This document shows positions 49,966 through 58,806 of a stretch of 64,000 nt of DNA, piece by piece. A program made the translations under genes and the position numbers. The notes below the pieces were generated by a model. The model was not told the DNA's origin, did not search any database, and saw only the letters and a list, made by a program, of their open reading frames with translations. This DNA is from Sumerlaeia bacterium (GTDB lineage: Bacteria > Sumerlaeota > Sumerlaeia > SLMS01 > JAHLLQ01). Every line of letters starts with the position of its first letter. Position 1 is the stretch's first letter. Where the stretch lies: NCBI GenBank assembly GCA_040219255.1, contig JAVJSW010000018.1, positions 1 through 64,000 of the forward strand. Direction: 5' to 3'.

Positions 49966-50039
49966 GCGGCGCTCCCCCGGCCCTCCCGTCAACCGATCCA
50001 ACACCCCGAGACGAACGCCAAGACAAGAGGTAACGCCCC

Positions 50040-50441
50040 ATGGCTCGTGTAAAAAATAGCGTCGCAACCCGCGCACGCCGCAAGAAAGTCCTCAAGGCCG
50101 CGCGTGGCGCCTACAGCGGACGGCACCGCTTATTCAAGAACGCCAAGGAAACGGTCAAGCGTGGTCTCGTCTACGCCTATCGCGACCGCAAGGCCAAGAA
50201 GCGCGAGTTCCGCCGCCTCTGGATCGCCCGCATCAACGCCTCCTGCCGCGCCAATGGCATCAGCTATTCCCGCATGATGAACGGCCTGCACATCGCCGGA
50301 ATCGACATCGACCGCAAGATGCTCAGCGAGGTCGCCATCCACGATCCCGCCGCGTTCACCCAGCTCGTCGAGGAAGCCCGCAAGGCCCTGGAAACCCAGT
50401 CGCCTGACAAGACCGCTTCCCGCGACGTGGCCCTGATCTAA
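50040..50441 (+). CDS. rplT: 50S ribosomal protein L20
   Basis: [37 protein letters not shown] and DRKMLSEVA. Confidence 0.98.
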   Translation: MARVKNSVATRARRKKVLKAARGAYSGRHRLFKNAKETVKRGLVYAYRDRKAKKREFRRLWIARINASCRANGISYSRMMNGLHIAGIDIDRKMLSEVAIHDPAAFTQLVEEARKALETQSPDKTASRDVALI

Positions 50442-50446
50442 TCACG

Positions 50447-50497
50447 CCCGCATCCAGGCATCCCCGAATCCAGGCGGCATCCCCGCATCGAGGCATC
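50447..50497. repeat. Three ~16-bp direct repeats after rplT
   Basis: CCCGCATCCAGGCATC, CCCGAATCCAGGCGGCATC and CCCGCATCGAGGCATC. Confidence 0.7.
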
Positions 50498-50503
50498 CCC
50501 CGT

Positions 50504-50554
50504 AACCGGCCAGCCCCCCGCCCCAAAGCGCGGTCTGGCCGGTTTTCCTTTTTT
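50504..50554 (+). terminator. Intrinsic terminator of infC-rpmI-rplT
   Basis: Stem AACCGGCCAG / CTGGCCGGTT followed by TTCCTTTTTT. Confidence 0.75.
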
Positions 50555-50661
50555 ACCCCGCCCCACCGCAGAGATTCTCATTCCCCCGCCCTCTCCAAGT
50601 CCGCTCTGATAGGTCCCACTTCGCGCCAGAAAGGCCCTCTGCCGTTCCCCTTGGATCGCCC

Positions 50662-51576
50662 ATGACCCCGCCTCGACCCTCCACCGACGCCGCTCCCCAG
50701 ACCTGCCTTCCGCCTTACGCGCCGGCGGGCGTGCTGGTTATCGCCGGCGTCGGATTGCTCGGCGGATCGCTCGGCCTCGCGGCCAAGGAACTCGGCCTCG
50801 TCCGCCATGTGATCGGCGTCGGCCGACGCTCCGGCGACCTGGAAGAGGCCCGCCGCGCCGGGGTTATCGACGAAGCCACCACCGAACTCCTGCCCGCCAT
50901 CGCCCGCGCCGATATCGCCATCCTCTGCCAGCCCGTCGAAATCATCCAGCGCTGCCTCCCTGAGGTCCTCGATGCCGCCCGCGAAGACGTCCTCTTCCTC
51001 ACCGACGTCGGCAGCACCAAGGGTCGCCTCGTCGCCGCCGCCGAAGCCCATCCCCGGTCCCGCCTCTTCGTCGGCAGCCACCCCATGGCCGGCAGCGACA
51101 AAACCGGTTGGCGCCACGCGCGGGCCGATCTGTTCGCCGGGGCCACCTGCTATGTGACGGCGACGGACCGCAGCGATCTGGTGCGCTGCGCCCGCGCCAG
51201 CGCCTTCTGGCGGGCCCTCTCCATGCGCACCGTGCTCGCCGCCCCGGACCGCCACGATCAACTCGCCGCCCTGCTGTCCCACATGCCCCACATGGCCGCC
51301 GTGGCCGTTATCGAAGGCCTCGCCGCCAGCCACGAAGATCTCTCCCTCCTGCGCCTCGTCTCCGGCAGTGGCTTGCGCGACACAACCCGTGTGGCCGGCG
51401 GCGGCCCCGACCTGTGGACCGACATCTGCGCCCACAACGCTGACGCCATCGCCGAAGAACTCGATGCCCTCGCCGAACGCCTTCAGGGCCTCGCCCGCCT
51501 CGTCCGCAAAGGCCACCACGAGGAACTGCGCGCCCGCCTCGCGACCGCTCGCGACACACGACTCAGTCTGGATTGA
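50662..51576 (+). CDS. tyrA: Prephenate/arogenate dehydrogenase
   Basis: Motifs GVGLLGGSL, TDVGSTK, HPMAGS, HD..A..SHMPH and GSGLRDTTRVA. Confidence 0.93.
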   Translation: MTPPRPSTDAAPQTCLPPYAPAGVLVIAGVGLLGGSLGLAAKELGLVRHVIGVGRRSGDLEEARRAGVIDEATTELLPAIARADIAILCQPVEIIQRCLPEVLDAAREDVLFLTDVGSTKGRLVAAAEAHPRSRLFVGSHPMAGSDKTGWRHARADLFAGATCYVTATDRSDLVRCARASAFWRALSMRTVLAAPDRHDQLAALLSHMPHMAAVAVIEGLAASHEDLSLLRLVSGSGLRDTTRVAGGGPDLWTDICAHNADAIAEELDALAERLQGLARLVRKGHHEELRARLATARDTRLSLD

Positions 51577-51647
51577 ACGGCCAAGAGCGGGGGTTTGCCG
51601 GACGAATTCCATGCCCCCGCGTCCGGGCCCCTCGCCCGGTGGGCGCC

Positions 51648-52412
51648 CTAATACCCCATGCCGCCGTCGATGCTGGTGATCGAGCCGCTGATGAAATCGG
51701 CTTCCGGCGAGGCCAGGAAAATCGCCAGCCGGGCCACTTCCTCCGGCGCGCCCAGGCGGCCGAAGGGCACCATCTGCTGCATCGATTGGCGGGCCTCCTC
51801 GCGGTCCTTGTCGGTCGCCAGGGGCTCGAAAAGGCCCTTCGTATCCGTCGGCCCCGGGGCGATCGCGTTCACGCGGATCGGCGCCAGCTCCTTCGCCTGC
51901 ACCTTGGTGAAGGTGTTCACGGCGGCCTTGCTGGCCTCGAATGCGCCCATGCCCGGGTCGAATCGCGTCCCGGCGATGGAGGATATATTGATGATGTTGG
52001 CGCCGCTACGGCCCTGCATCAGGGGCAGCGCGTGTCTCGTGACGAGCCACACCGAGCGCACGTTCGTGTCGAGCACCTCGTCGAATTCGTCGGCGTCCAT
52101 TTCATGGAGCTTCCCTGTCCGGTAAACCCCCGCGTTATTGACCAAAACATCCAAACCCCGCCCCGCGGCGTCGATGCGTGCCATGATCTTCTCAACGTCG
52201 GAGGCATAGCGCACGTCGCCGGTGAGGATCTCGCAGTGACCGGCGGCTTCCGCGATCAAGTGCTGGGTTTCCTTGAGATGTGCTTCGTTCCGGCCCGCGC
52301 AGAACAGATGCCCGCCGCGCCGCGCCATCGCCACCGCGATGGCCCTCCCGATTCCACTGCCGGCGCCAGTCACCAAAATGGTGCGTTGATCTAAGAATTT
52401 GGAATCGCTCAT
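51648..52412 (-). CDS. Short-chain dehydrogenase/reductase (FxxxK variant)
   Basis: Motifs TGAGSGIG, VNNAG, NISS, FEASK, IRVNAIAPG and IDGG. Confidence 0.92.
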   Translation of the reverse strand: MSDSKFLDQRTILVTGAGSGIGRAIAVAMARRGGHLFCAGRNEAHLKETQHLIAEAAGHCEILTGDVRYASDVEKIMARIDAAGRGLDVLVNNAGVYRTGKLHEMDADEFDEVLDTNVRSVWLVTRHALPLMQGRSGANIINISSIAGTRFDPGMGAFEASKAAVNTFTKVQAKELAPIRVNAIAPGPTDTKGLFEPLATDKDREEARQSMQQMVPFGRLGAPEEVARLAIFLASPEADFISGSITSIDGGMGY

Positions 52413-52612
52413 GGATCGTCCTCCTGCGCTTCACCTTCGCGCAAGCAAACGCCGGGCACAAGCTCAGGCTTTGCGAAATCGAGGGGCGGAGAAGATGAAT
52501 CTCAAGGTCACACGGGCGTCCCGCCCGCGACCAGCCACGCCCATCCCACGCCAGGAGGTCTTTCCTAAGACGAACGTTCGTAGAGCTTTGCAGAGCAGGG
52601 AAGATTGGCCGT

Positions 52613-55054
52613 TCACTTTGGCCGCCGCCAAGCCCACGCCACCATCCCCAGCCACAGCGCCACCGCCCCGAGGCTGACGCCCCGGCCGGTGCGCCAGCCT
52701 GGGGGTTCGAAACGCAGTTCGATCACCTGATGGCCTCCGCCTTCCAGGCCGACGCCCTGCATAATGCCCCAGGCGCGCTCGACCCGCTTCCATTCCGGGT
52801 CCTTGGCGCCGGGCAGGCGGTACTCCCAGCCGGGCCACCAGGTCTTGCGGATCACGATCACGGCGTCGCCTTCGGCCCGCGCCCAGAGGCGCTTGTAATT
52901 GCCGCGGTCCTCGATGACGTCCACCTTGCCGCCCGAGAGAGGCTTGTACTCCTGCGGCAGGCGCTTGCGCGACGGGTTGTAGATCGGCACTGGCCGCTGG
53001 CGGATCTCCGGCTCGGTGCGCCAGAGAATTTCGCCCGCCCAGCCCGGATCGCCCAGCTCGTACCAATGCCCGGGGGCGTAGTCGTAGATCGGCCGGGCCT
53101 GTGTCAGTTCGACCAGCACGGTGCCGCTCTCGTGGCGCCGCACGACCCGGAACCGGCCCGACGCGAGGTGCGCGTCGTAGTGCGCCCGACCCTCGGTTTT
53201 CATGGTGGTTTCCTGCACGACGATGTGGCTGACACCGTAGAGTTCCAGCGGCGCGGGATTTTCCAGGTACTTGGCGTCCAGCCAGCTATTGCCGGTGCTG
53301 CTCATGCGCATCGTGTTCATGAACTGGGCGAAGATCAGAGGCGTGTAGCCACCCAGAGCCGCTTCGTCGAGCAGCAGCCAGCCGTTGCCCTTGATCACAT
53401 GCGGCCCCACGGCGCCCGGCCCATCCGGCATCAGGCTGTAGACGCGGGCGATGTCGTCTTCGTCCATGTCCTCAAGAAGCGGGTAGGCAGCGCGGTCGGT
53501 CCATTCCGTCAGGTCGCCGGGGTCGAAGATGCTGGCCTTGAGGAGGACTTTCCATTCGGCCGCCATGAGAAGCAGAGCGAGTGCGCCGGCGAGCCACGGG
53601 AGTCTGCGCCCGAGCGGCAGCACCCCGAGCGCGAAGACGAGCGGCACGACGCCATGGACCCAATCGCGGGGTTCGTCGCGGAAGAAGGTGGCGAGCACCT
53701 GCGCCGGTTCCCGCCCATCCAGCAGCGTCGTCCCCAACAGCAGAAACAGCCCGATCGTCACCGCGCCCAGCACCACCCAGCCGCCGGCGAAGAGGAGACT
53801 CCGGCGCCACCAGGACAGGCGCATCAGCTCGTGCACGCCGTGCGCCGCCAGCACCGACCCAAAGGCCAGCGCCAAAACCATGATGCGCGCCGGAATGCGG
53901 AACAGGCTGAAGGGTGGGACCTCGAACAGCGCGGCATAGAAGGGCAGGCCCTCGAGCCCGCCCGCCAGCGCCAGCGTCACCACCAGCCCGAGCAGCATGA
54001 CTGCCCGGTGCCTCCACCGGGGCGACCGGCACCGGATCGCGAAGCCAAGCCCAATGCCCACCACGGCCAGCGCCCAGATGGCGGCGCTGGTGGTGTTCCA
54101 TTGCTCGCCAAACCAGGACGAGCCGAGCCACGCGTGGCTGGTGCGCAGGGCCCGGGGCCAGAAAAACGTGATCGCGTAGGCGGGGGGAAAGGGCGCCTCG
54201 GCCCACATCTCCAGCGTCAGCCATTGGCGCGGCGTCTGGTCCGCGTGCTCCAGCGTCGGCAGAATCTGCACCGCCAGCATCGCCATTCCGATCAAGCCGC
54301 CCACCGCCATCCAGACGGTGGCGCGGGTAAAGCGCCGGGCCCACACGGCGCGCCAGAAACCGGCGCTCTCGGGCAGCAGAGCGGGCCGTTTCCAGCGCAT
54401 CCGGGCGAGCCATTCCAGCCCGACCCAGCCAACGGTGAACAGGACGATCTGCATGTAGCCACAGGCGCCCTGCACCGCTAGGGCCGCCGCGAACGCCGCC
54501 GCCCGCCCGGGGCCCGGTTTCTTCGCCAGCCGCGCCGCCAGCCACGCCACCCACGGCGCCACACAGGCGGCTTCCCGCATCGAAATATGCCCCGAGTGCA
54601 TTATCAGAAAGGTGCTGCACCCATACCCCAACGACCCCACGAACGCCGCCAGCGGCACCAGCCGCCAATGCCTCAGGTACAGCGCCATCCCCACGAGCGC
54701 CAGGAACGTGTGGAGAACCTCGAGGATGTTGGCCGCCGTGATCGGCGGCGCCACCAGGTACAACGCGTTAAGCGGATAGAGCACGCCCACGTAGGCCGTC
54801 GTGAACAGCGGCATGCCGCCGAAGACGCGGTCGGTCCAGAGGGGAAACTGACCGTCGAGAATCAGCCGGGCGGCCTCGGCGCGCCAGGGCACGTACTCCG
54901 CCATGCGCTCGTCCCAGAGGATGTCGCCGGTGAACACCTGCGGGGTCTGGAACAGCGACAGCGCCAGGAAGGCCAAAAGCATCAGCGGCCAGACCCAGCG
55001 GGGCGGGCGGATTAGGCCAAGGGAAGGCGGGGGGTCTTCGTTATCAGGAGTCAA
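52613..55054 (-). CDS. YfhO-family (GT-C-like) multi-pass membrane protein
   Basis: Motifs GQFPLW..FGGMP, LYPLN, AVQILPT, FRIPAR, GGYTPL and the C-terminal WWPGW..GIMQGV..G.H.IELRFEP plus a TM helix. Confidence 0.82.
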   Translation of the reverse strand: MTPDNEDPPPSLGLIRPPRWVWPLMLLAFLALSLFQTPQVFTGDILWDERMAEYVPWRAEAARLILDGQFPLWTDRVFGGMPLFTTAYVGVLYPLNALYLVAPPITAANILEVLHTFLALVGMALYLRHWRLVPLAAFVGSLGYGCSTFLIMHSGHISMREAACVAPWVAWLAARLAKKPGPGRAAAFAAALAVQGACGYMQIVLFTVGWVGLEWLARMRWKRPALLPESAGFWRAVWARRFTRATVWMAVGGLIGMAMLAVQILPTLEHADQTPRQWLTLEMWAEAPFPPAYAITFFWPRALRTSHAWLGSSWFGEQWNTTSAAIWALAVVGIGLGFAIRCRSPRWRHRAVMLLGLVVTLALAGGLEGLPFYAALFEVPPFSLFRIPARIMVLALAFGSVLAAHGVHELMRLSWWRRSLLFAGGWVVLGAVTIGLFLLLGTTLLDGREPAQVLATFFRDEPRDWVHGVVPLVFALGVLPLGRRLPWLAGALALLLMAAEWKVLLKASIFDPGDLTEWTDRAAYPLLEDMDEDDIARVYSLMPDGPGAVGPHVIKGNGWLLLDEAALGGYTPLIFAQFMNTMRMSSTGNSWLDAKYLENPAPLELYGVSHIVVQETTMKTEGRAHYDAHLASGRFRVVRRHESGTVLVELTQARPIYDYAPGHWYELGDPGWAGEILWRTEPEIRQRPVPIYNPSRKRLPQEYKPLSGGKVDVIEDRGNYKRLWARAEGDAVIVIRKTWWPGWEYRLPGAKDPEWKRVERAWGIMQGVGLEGGGHQVIELRFEPPGWRTGRGVSLGAVALWLGMVAWAWRRPK

Positions 55055-55808
55055 GCGCCCCCTCCATCCACCGCACGAACCGCGACAGCAGCAGCGTCAG
55101 CACGAGGTACACGAGCGCCAGCGCGAAGTAGGTGGTAAAGTAATCGAACGTTCGCCCGGCGTACTCGTACCCGGCTTTCGTCAGGTCGCGCAGGGCGATG
55201 ATCATGACGATGGAGGAGTCCTTGAGCAGGGCGATGAATTCGTTGCCGACAGCGGGCATGATGGTGCGAAACGCGCGCGGCCCGGTGATGTGAATAAAAC
55301 GCGGCAGGGGCGCGGCGTCCAGGCTGGCGGCCTCGATTTCCTCCTGCGGAATGGCTTCGATGCCGGCGCGGATCGCTTCGCCGATAAAGGCCCCGTAAGC
55401 CAGGCTGAAGCAAAGCACCGCGGCGGCGAAGGGATCGAGTTTCCACCCCATCGGCAAGAACTGATTCAGGCCATAGTAGCTCATGAACAGCAGCACCAGG
55501 ATCGGAAGGCCCCGGATGGACTCGATGTAAACGGACCCGGCGATGTTGATGGCCGGATGGCGCGATGTGCGGGCCGTCCCCGCGATCGTCCCCAGCACCA
55601 GCGCCCCCGCGAGCGACGCGAAAACCAACTGCACCGTGGTCAGGAAGCCGAAGGAGAACAGGTACTTGAAAGCGGGGAGGAACTGGTCCGGATCGCTGAT
55701 CGTCAGCAGGGCGGCGGTGATCAGCGCGCCCGCCAAGGCGATGCGCCAGGCCCATTCGGACTGGCGCCCTCGGCGCGACTGGGGTGTGTGAACGGAGGCG
55801 GCGACCAT
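55044..55808 (-). CDS. Polar amino acid ABC transporter permease (HisM/GlnP family)
   Basis: Motifs YIESIRGLPILV, GAFIGEAIRAGIEAIP, EIEAA and NEFIALLKDSS. Confidence 0.92.
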   Translation of the reverse strand: MVAASVHTPQSRRGRQSEWAWRIALAGALITAALLTISDPDQFLPAFKYLFSFGFLTTVQLVFASLAGALVLGTIAGTARTSRHPAINIAGSVYIESIRGLPILVLLFMSYYGLNQFLPMGWKLDPFAAAVLCFSLAYGAFIGEAIRAGIEAIPQEEIEAASLDAAPLPRFIHITGPRAFRTIMPAVGNEFIALLKDSSIVMIIALRDLTKAGYEYAGRTFDYFTTYFALALVYLVLTLLLSRFVRWMEGALDS

Positions 55809-55952
55809 AACTGGCTCAGCCACGCACGGCGGCGCGCCCCGCCGCAAGAGGGGGTTTCAGCGGCAAGGGATCGAGCGGCGCCGCCGTGATTCTTCAACGC
55901 ACCATCTCTGTGGTGACGGAGCGCGCGGGGTCGATTCCCTCGCCCAATGGCC

Positions 55953-55981
55953 TTGACAGGCGGTGGCTCGCTCCTTACCGT
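55953..55981 (+). promoter_or_regulatory. Sigma70-type promoter for rpsT
   Basis: TTGACA, a 17-bp spacer, then TACCGT, about 65 bp upstream of rpsT. Confidence 0.65.
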
Positions 55982-56047
55982 TCGCGGTCCCTTCGGGCGG
56001 AGCCTGTGTCTACCGCCCGCACCATAGACACTGGAGTCCAACCGACC

Positions 56048-56329
56048 GTGCCGAATAAGAAGTCCGCCATCAAGCGAGTCCGCCAGAGCGAGAAGCGCCG
56101 TGCGCGCAACCGCTCGCGCCGCAGCGAAATGCGCACCTGGATCAAGAAGGTCCACGCCGCCGCTGAGGAAGGCAATATCGAAGCCGCCGAGGCCAATCTG
56201 CGCGAGGCGCAGAGCCAAATCCTCACCGCCGCCAAGGGCCCCGTCATCAAGAAGCACACCGCCTCCCGCACTATCTCCCGCCTGGCCGCCGTCGTGAACA
56301 AGGCCAAAGCGGCAACCGCCGCTTCCTAA
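56048..56329 (+). CDS. rpsT: 30S ribosomal protein S20
   Basis: PNKKSAIKRVRQSEKRRARN..S.MRT.IKK..A.KG..KH.ASR..SRL. GTG start after GGAG. Confidence 0.96.
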   Translation: MPNKKSAIKRVRQSEKRRARNRSRRSEMRTWIKKVHAAAEEGNIEAAEANLREAQSQILTAAKGPVIKKHTASRTISRLAAVVNKAKAATAAS

Positions 56330-56555
56330 AGCCCCCCCGCAGCCGCGGCGCCGATCGCGGCGCCCGCTCCGAGGCGGGAAAAGCGGCTCGCTCCCCGATC
56401 CCTCCAGAACACACCCCGCTTGCGCCCACGGCTCCAGGGCGCATGCGGGCCTTTGTCGTTTCTTGTGACAAGCTGTCTCGTTGACTCCCTGCCGGCGCTC
56501 CGGTAAGACAACGCCTTGTAGCTGTCAAAACCCCGTGCATGGGAGCGAGCGAGCC

Positions 56556-57815
56556 GTGGCCGAACAACACCGATACCGCATTCTGGTGGTGGACGACGAG
56601 GAGGACATCCGGACCATCCTGACGGCTCTGCTCCGCCCCCATTACGAGGTTGTGCAGGCCAAGCACGGCCTGGACGCCCTTCTGAAGTTCCCCAGGTACG
56701 AACCCGATCTGGCCCTCATCGACATCATGATGCCGCTGATGGACGGCCTCCAACTGGCGCGCCGAATCCGCACGATGCCGGGTTTCGAGCGCACGCCCCT
56801 GATCGCCGTTTCGGCCCGCGATACCCGCGACGATATGAAGGCCGGCTACGAAGCCGGCACCAGCGTCTACATCACCAAGCCCTTCGAACCCGAACGCGTG
56901 CTCAAGAACGTGGCGGTCAGCCTGGAGGGCTCGCCGCCCCGCCCCAAGAAGTTGAGCATGGCGGAAGCGGACGAGCAGGAACGGCACCTCGAGCAGCGCA
57001 AGCTCCTCGCGCTCTCGCGGTCGCAGACCGAGATTCGCAAGCTCGATGAGGAACCGGCCGGCCCTCCCCGCGGCGAATCGGACGATCTTCGCAAGCGCCT
57101 GGAGGGCATGAAGGAACTGCGCGAGAGCAAGCTGGTGAAGAAGTACGCGCCGTCGGCCGCGCCCAAGCCGGCGGAAGAGGCCCCCGCGCCGCCCCCGGCG
57201 CCAACCGACCGGGAAGCCCCGCTGGCCCCCGGCGAGCTTCCCAAGTCCCCCTCCGGAACGCCCCCCCGCGTTCTGGTCGTGGAGGACGACGAAGACCTTG
57301 TGAAGATGGTGCGGGCGATTCTGGAGAACGAAGGCTTCGAAGTCGTGACCGCCCGCGATGGGCTCGTCGGTCTGAATAAGATTTCAGATTGCCAGCCGGA
57401 CCTGTTCATTCTGGACGGCATGATGCCGAAACTGAGCGGCTATCAGCTTCTCGAAATGATTCGCAGCGCTTCGGAAACGAGAGCCAAACCGGTCGTTTTC
57501 TCCTCGGGCAAAGCCCGCCCCAGGGACATGCAGACGGCGATGTCCAAGGGCGCGACGGCCTACCTGGCCAAGCCCTACGAGAACTGGCAACTGGCCGATC
57601 TGGTCCGCAAAATCTGCCGGGCCCCCGGCTTCGAAGTCGGCGACAAGCGCGTCCCCATCGAAGATTTCCATTATCGCGAAGGGGTGCAGGAAGACCGCCA
57701 CAAACGCACGGAAGAACGCATCGGGCTCTGGCAGACCCGCAAAGCGCTGAACAATTTCTTCGACAAATATGGGGACAAAGACCCGTTCGGGAAGGAATCT
57801 GGCGAGGAGTCTTAG
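56556..57815 (+). CDS. Response regulator with two receiver domains and no recognisable output domain
   Basis: REC1 reads VVDDE..IDIMMP..VSA..TKP and REC2 reads VVEDD..LDGMMP..SSG..AKP. A Pro-rich linker joins them. Confidence 0.9.
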   Translation: MAEQHRYRILVVDDEEDIRTILTALLRPHYEVVQAKHGLDALLKFPRYEPDLALIDIMMPLMDGLQLARRIRTMPGFERTPLIAVSARDTRDDMKAGYEAGTSVYITKPFEPERVLKNVAVSLEGSPPRPKKLSMAEADEQERHLEQRKLLALSRSQTEIRKLDEEPAGPPRGESDDLRKRLEGMKELRESKLVKKYAPSAAPKPAEEAPAPPPAPTDREAPLAPGELPKSPSGTPPRVLVVEDDEDLVKMVRAILENEGFEVVTARDGLVGLNKISDCQPDLFILDGMMPKLSGYQLLEMIRSASETRAKPVVFSSGKARPRDMQTAMSKGATAYLAKPYENWQLADLVRKICRAPGFEVGDKRVPIEDFHYREGVQEDRHKRTEERIGLWQTRKALNNFFDKYGDKDPFGKESGEES

Positions 57816-57876
57816 GTGCCGGCCACCGCTTCGGTGTTCGGCCCTATTCCCCCCACCGCGATTCCAAGGAGACTCT

Positions 57877-58806
57877 ATGTCCACCCCCGCCCCAGCCCCC
57901 TTTCCACCCCCAGTCTTCGCGCTGCTGACACCCATGTCCGGAGAAAACGGGCGCCCGGACCACGGCGCTTTGAGGGACTATCTGGCGTTCCTGGAGGAAC
58001 GCGGCGTTCAAAGCGTCATGGTCTGCGGCACCACCGGCGAATTCGCTTCTTTGCAAGAGAAGGAACGCATCCGCCTTCTGGCGACCACCCGCGAATGCTT
58101 CGCCGGCACCGTGATCTACCACGCGAGCGACCCCTGCATGGAAACCGTTCGCGAATACCTAGACGCCTGCCGCGAACTGGCCGACGGCGTCATGATGCTG
58201 CCGCCGTACTACTACGCCTACCCCTGCGACGAAGGCCTGCTGGCATATTTCCGCGCCGTGCTGACGGGCTACCGCGGTCCGCCGGTGATTCTGTATCACT
58301 TCCCCCGCCACAGCCAGGCGATCGTTTCGCCCAGCTTGTTCGCCCAACTGGTGGAAGAATTCCCCGAGGTGGCTGGCATGAAGGATTCTGGCGGCGACTT
58401 GGCCCACGCCCAGGAATGCATGAAGCGCGGCAACGCCATCCGGCCGGTGTCGATCTACATCGGCAGCGACCGCATGGCGCTGCAAAGTCTTCAAATCGGC
58501 ATGAGCGGGAGTGTGACCGGTGCCGGAAATCCAGTGCCGGAGGCGCTGGTGGAATTGACGGAGCGCTTTCGGGCGGGCGAGGAAGCCGACGCCCGCGCCG
58601 CGCAGGACCGTCTGGACGATTGGTCCGCTTTCCGTAAGAATCTGCCGGCCAGCGAAATCGCCATCGCCAAAGCCGGACTGGCGGCCCGCCTTCCCGGCTT
58701 CCCCACCGCTGTACGGCCTCCGCTAGTGGAGGCTTCCCCGCGGATCAAATCGCTGGTGCGCGATTTCCTCAGCGGCTTCGCCGATTCGGAGGAAGGCGCC
58801 GCCTAG
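57877..58806 (+). CDS. DHDPS/N-acetylneuraminate lyase family aldolase
   Basis: Motifs CGTTGEF, PPYYY, LYHFP and the Schiff-base Lys in GMKDSGG. RBS AAGGAG. Confidence 0.9.
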   Translation: MSTPAPAPFPPPVFALLTPMSGENGRPDHGALRDYLAFLEERGVQSVMVCGTTGEFASLQEKERIRLLATTRECFAGTVIYHASDPCMETVREYLDACRELADGVMMLPPYYYAYPCDEGLLAYFRAVLTGYRGPPVILYHFPRHSQAIVSPSLFAQLVEEFPEVAGMKDSGGDLAHAQECMKRGNAIRPVSIYIGSDRMALQSLQIGMSGSVTGAGNPVPEALVELTERFRAGEEADARAAQDRLDDWSAFRKNLPASEIAIAKAGLAARLPGFPTAVRPPLVEASPRIKSLVRDFLSGFADSEEGAA

